Source of the DNA: the human T2T-CHM13v2.0 reference genome, Homo sapiens
Assembly: GCF_009914755.1 (NCBI RefSeq)
Contig: NC_060935.1
Length of the DNA: 64,000 bases
Direction: 5' to 3' (one strand)
In this document: piece after piece, positions 60,845 through 64,000 of the stretch
Numbering within the stretch: the stretch's first letter is position 1
How the letters are laid out: every line of letters starts with the position of its first letter
Notes under the pieces: generated by a model
The model's database searches: none
Told to the model about the DNA's origin: nothing
The model's input: only the letters and a program-made list of their open reading frames with translations
Translations under genes and position numbers: made by a program

Positions 60845-63307
60845 TTATCTCTTCAAGAGAGAAATACTTCCAGAAAAGACTCTTTTATTTTTTCTTATGC
60901 TATAAGAAATACTAGAACTTTGATGCTGGTGACGTTAAACTTGTTATGATAAAATCTGTAGCCCGTGAAATAGAAAGCAATATTATATACTATAGAGGTA
61001 TTTCTTTAGCATTCTCCTTTAAAAACTAAAATGTAGATTACCAAAATTGATGGGTATATATTATCACACTCAGATTATGCAATATGGTCATTAAAAGACA
61101 AGTTTTCAAATGATATTTAATATTAATATAGGAAAAATGATCAGAGTATTATTAAAGTAGAATACAAAGCTCAGTGTGCTGTATGTACCAATTTTGTACA
61201 TATAGCCCATACAATTTTATACATGCAAAACATACATACATATAGTACATACATTTTGGAGTATAAATCTGTTCATATTAATATCTGTATGCGTGCACAC
61301 ACACACAAACACACAGTTAGATGGATACACACCAATAATTTAAAAGTGGGTAATTCTAAGATGTTTTGATGAGTAACATTTATTTTACTTTCTATAAGTT
61401 AAATAGTTTGTAAATTTTCTACAATTTGTGGATAGATTAATTTTATAAACATAACACAATAAAATTATTGTAAAATCCAGTTGAAATGGCCCAGAGAGTC
61501 TATTTAATTCATTTCTCCTATTTTATAATTGAGTGAAGTAGTGTGTAGTGGCTTGGTCAAGGTGGCACAGTACATCTAGGCCAGAGATAAACTGATTGTA
61601 ATTCTCTTGGCTCTAGACCAAGGGATTTTTAAATTAGTACTCTCTTATATCCTTTTACTGTGCTCTGTTTTATTGTATCTATATCTGACGGACTTTTCAT
61701 GTCTCTCTTGAGAGTTAACTTTTAGTCCTGGCTTGAAAACTCTTCGAAATTTGAACATTTATAAGTTTGATAGTACATTTGTGGGAGTAAAAGGATGCCT
61801 GATGCTGGATTTTACACAGAATGGCCAAGACGTTTCTGGCAGGCAGAGATCAGTCCAGAATGTCTGAATGGAGCTTCCAATGCACCTGAGAAAGCAAGAC
61901 AGAGAAGAGAAAAAGACAGAATAAAAAACTGCCTTTACAATAGTTAGCAGATGGGACTCTTAAAGGGTGCTGATTCAAGTTGGAAAATTGATAGACTAGA
62001 AATAATGGATTTAATTTGAAGTAACATAAAAATCAGTTTAAATAGCAGCAGGGGGGAAACTTTTTAAGAAGTGCTGACTTTAAGAACCACCAAAAAACAG
62101 GAATAACTGAGAGCTGTAGAAATACACAAAAATATTTCAACTCTTGACCAAACCAAAAATTAACAAATATGGTTTAAAATTTAGAGGCACATGAACCATT
62201 AAAAACCTGTTGAAAAAACAAAAAAAATAAGCAAACAAATATATATGGTGGGACCACAAGCTAGCCTAAGTCATTTTTATGTATTCTTAAACTACATAGG
62301 TGCTAAGTTATTTCCATAAAAACATTACTTTTATTCTTTTAATATATTAACAAAATATTTTTCAAACATAAAGAGAAAATTAAAGAATAGCACAGTGAAC
62401 GTGTATATTTGCCAAATAGATTTAAGAATTAAATATTAAAAATTTTAAATTTTATATTTAAAATTCTAGATTGAAGAATATAAATGTTCATTCTGTATTT
62501 AAAATATAAATATTTCAGCATATTTGTTTTCCTTTTTTTATTCCTGTTTGCAACAACTCTCAGATATCTTGACACTTCACCTACTCTATCATTCATCTGA
62601 AGAATTTGCAGTTAAGAAATTAAATAATAATATCACTAACCAAATTCATCCTTTCTACTTCTCAGGTTTTCTTTTAGTCTTTGTGAATTGAAGCACATTC
62701 TGCATTTAGTTAGTCCACAATTAATAAAACCACTTGGTTATAACTACGTTAGAGGAAAGCATGCTACAGTTTCTTCATTCTGCAATAGGTACTTCAGTTC
62801 ATTGCAGATTATAAATTCTGCCAATAGCTTATTCACAGGAATATCAAAGAACCTCTATGTCTGAAAAGCATGTAAGTTCATAACGATGTAATGATCTGCC
62901 ACGGCCACTGAATGCAACTTTACTGTGAGTTTTATGGGTGTATGACTCTTGTCTTTTTCATCTTGTGCACATGAAAATAACAGGCCTCTGCGGTCACTCT
63001 GGACAATGATGTAGCTTTGCAAGCTTTTATTATAACGAGAACTTCCTTCACATCATCATGATTTTTTTCTAGCTACTAAGAGTAGTTTATATACATCTTT
63101 GCTTTTTGCATTTTGTCAGTCTCTCAGCTGGTGTCCCAGTTGTTGGACTTCTTAACCACCTTTTCTAGTTAGAAGGCTGTCTGTTAGCTCCTTGCTAGGA
63201 CAGGTACTCAAACAAACTACCACAGAATAGCTTGAAGTTGAACCACAGGGGTTCAACTTCTCTGATGGGCCTTGGAAGCTGCAGGTGGGGAGAAGGGAAA
63301 GGTACCT

Positions 63308-63432
63308 GGTCTCCCTGTCCCCTTCCCTCCCCTTCCCTCTTGTCTCCTACCCTCTCCTCTTTTCTTCCTTTTCTCCCTCCCTCTTTCCTTACCTCTGTCC
63401 CTACTTCTCTTCCTTCCTTCCTCTTTCTCTTA
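63308..63432 (+). repeat. CT-rich low-complexity tract
   Basis: ccccttccctccccttccctc...ttccttccttcctctttctct. Confidence 0.85.
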
Positions 63433-64000
63433 GTTTTTATTTAAAAAATCAAAACTAGAAGAAAACTGAAATAATACTATAATGAACAACCACATAGCTT
63501 CACAAGGTTCTCAAATATTTACCATTTGCCACATTTGCTTTTCTTTGAAACCTGTGCACATATGTGTGGATGTGTACTTTTCTTTAAAAGTTTGCTTCGG
63601 GCATGCTGAAACTTCATGAATTGGACACTTAACAACCCTTCGTGGCTTCATTATGATTGTATTTACCATATTTGGTTACATATTTCAAAGAAAAACTGCA
63701 GAGAAATAATTTTGTTGTAACTTTTTTATTTCATGAAGGGCAGCGTGTCTTGAATTTCTCAAAAGACAAATTTTTGTCTATATTTTTTTAATTATATAAT
63801 AACAAAAATACTTAATGTACAAAATCACCAGTATAACACATCTCAGCGCAGAAGTATAACATGCTGTAAGGCATAAGATAGAGCATATAGTTGACAAAAT
63901 GTCATTTGTAATATTTCCAAATTTACTTGATGATAATGCATTATCTGGTCTTTCTCTTGAGCCAGCTCATTACTACGAGGTTAGCTCTCAGGTTCTGACT

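Noticed and set aside
62789-62871. Exon-shaped 83-nt segment ending cat|gtaagt, + strand
   Set aside because: Stops in all three frames and no independent evidence; could only be a non-coding exon.

Overview
Primate (hominid, most likely human) AT-rich, gene-poor genomic DNA, more than half LINE-1. I recognise no host protein-coding gene, RNA gene or CRISPR array. Every long ORF in the track maps to L1 ORF1/ORF2 remnants or to a GC-rich LTR12C, except one unexplained 178-aa ORF at 5426-5962. Main elements: L1MA1/2 (1-3430), a short L1PA2 3' end (12189-12472), a near full-length L1PA3 with 15-bp TSD (16636-22764, -), L1MA5, a 5'-truncated L1PA4-like copy (29326-32273, +), L1MA4-like with an MSTB LTR inside, a full-length L1PA10/11-like (45153-51187, -), a solo LTR12C with 4-bp TSD (52906-54472), several Alus including a consensus-perfect AluYc1, MADE1 and many ancient repeats. 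The most interesting signal: the inverted L1PA3 and L1PA4-like copies share at least four non-consensus variants, including the same ORF2 frameshift, inside tracts of near-perfect identity that alternate with divergent tracts. This suggests patchy gene conversion (and possible inversion) between neighbouring L1s. Also notable: a TSD-less L1PA2 next to a truncated MLT1D, two short local templated duplications, and a CpG-retaining ancient element with terminal inverted repeats. Subfamily names come from remembered consensus features, not from a RepeatMasker run; boundaries of old repeats are approximate.
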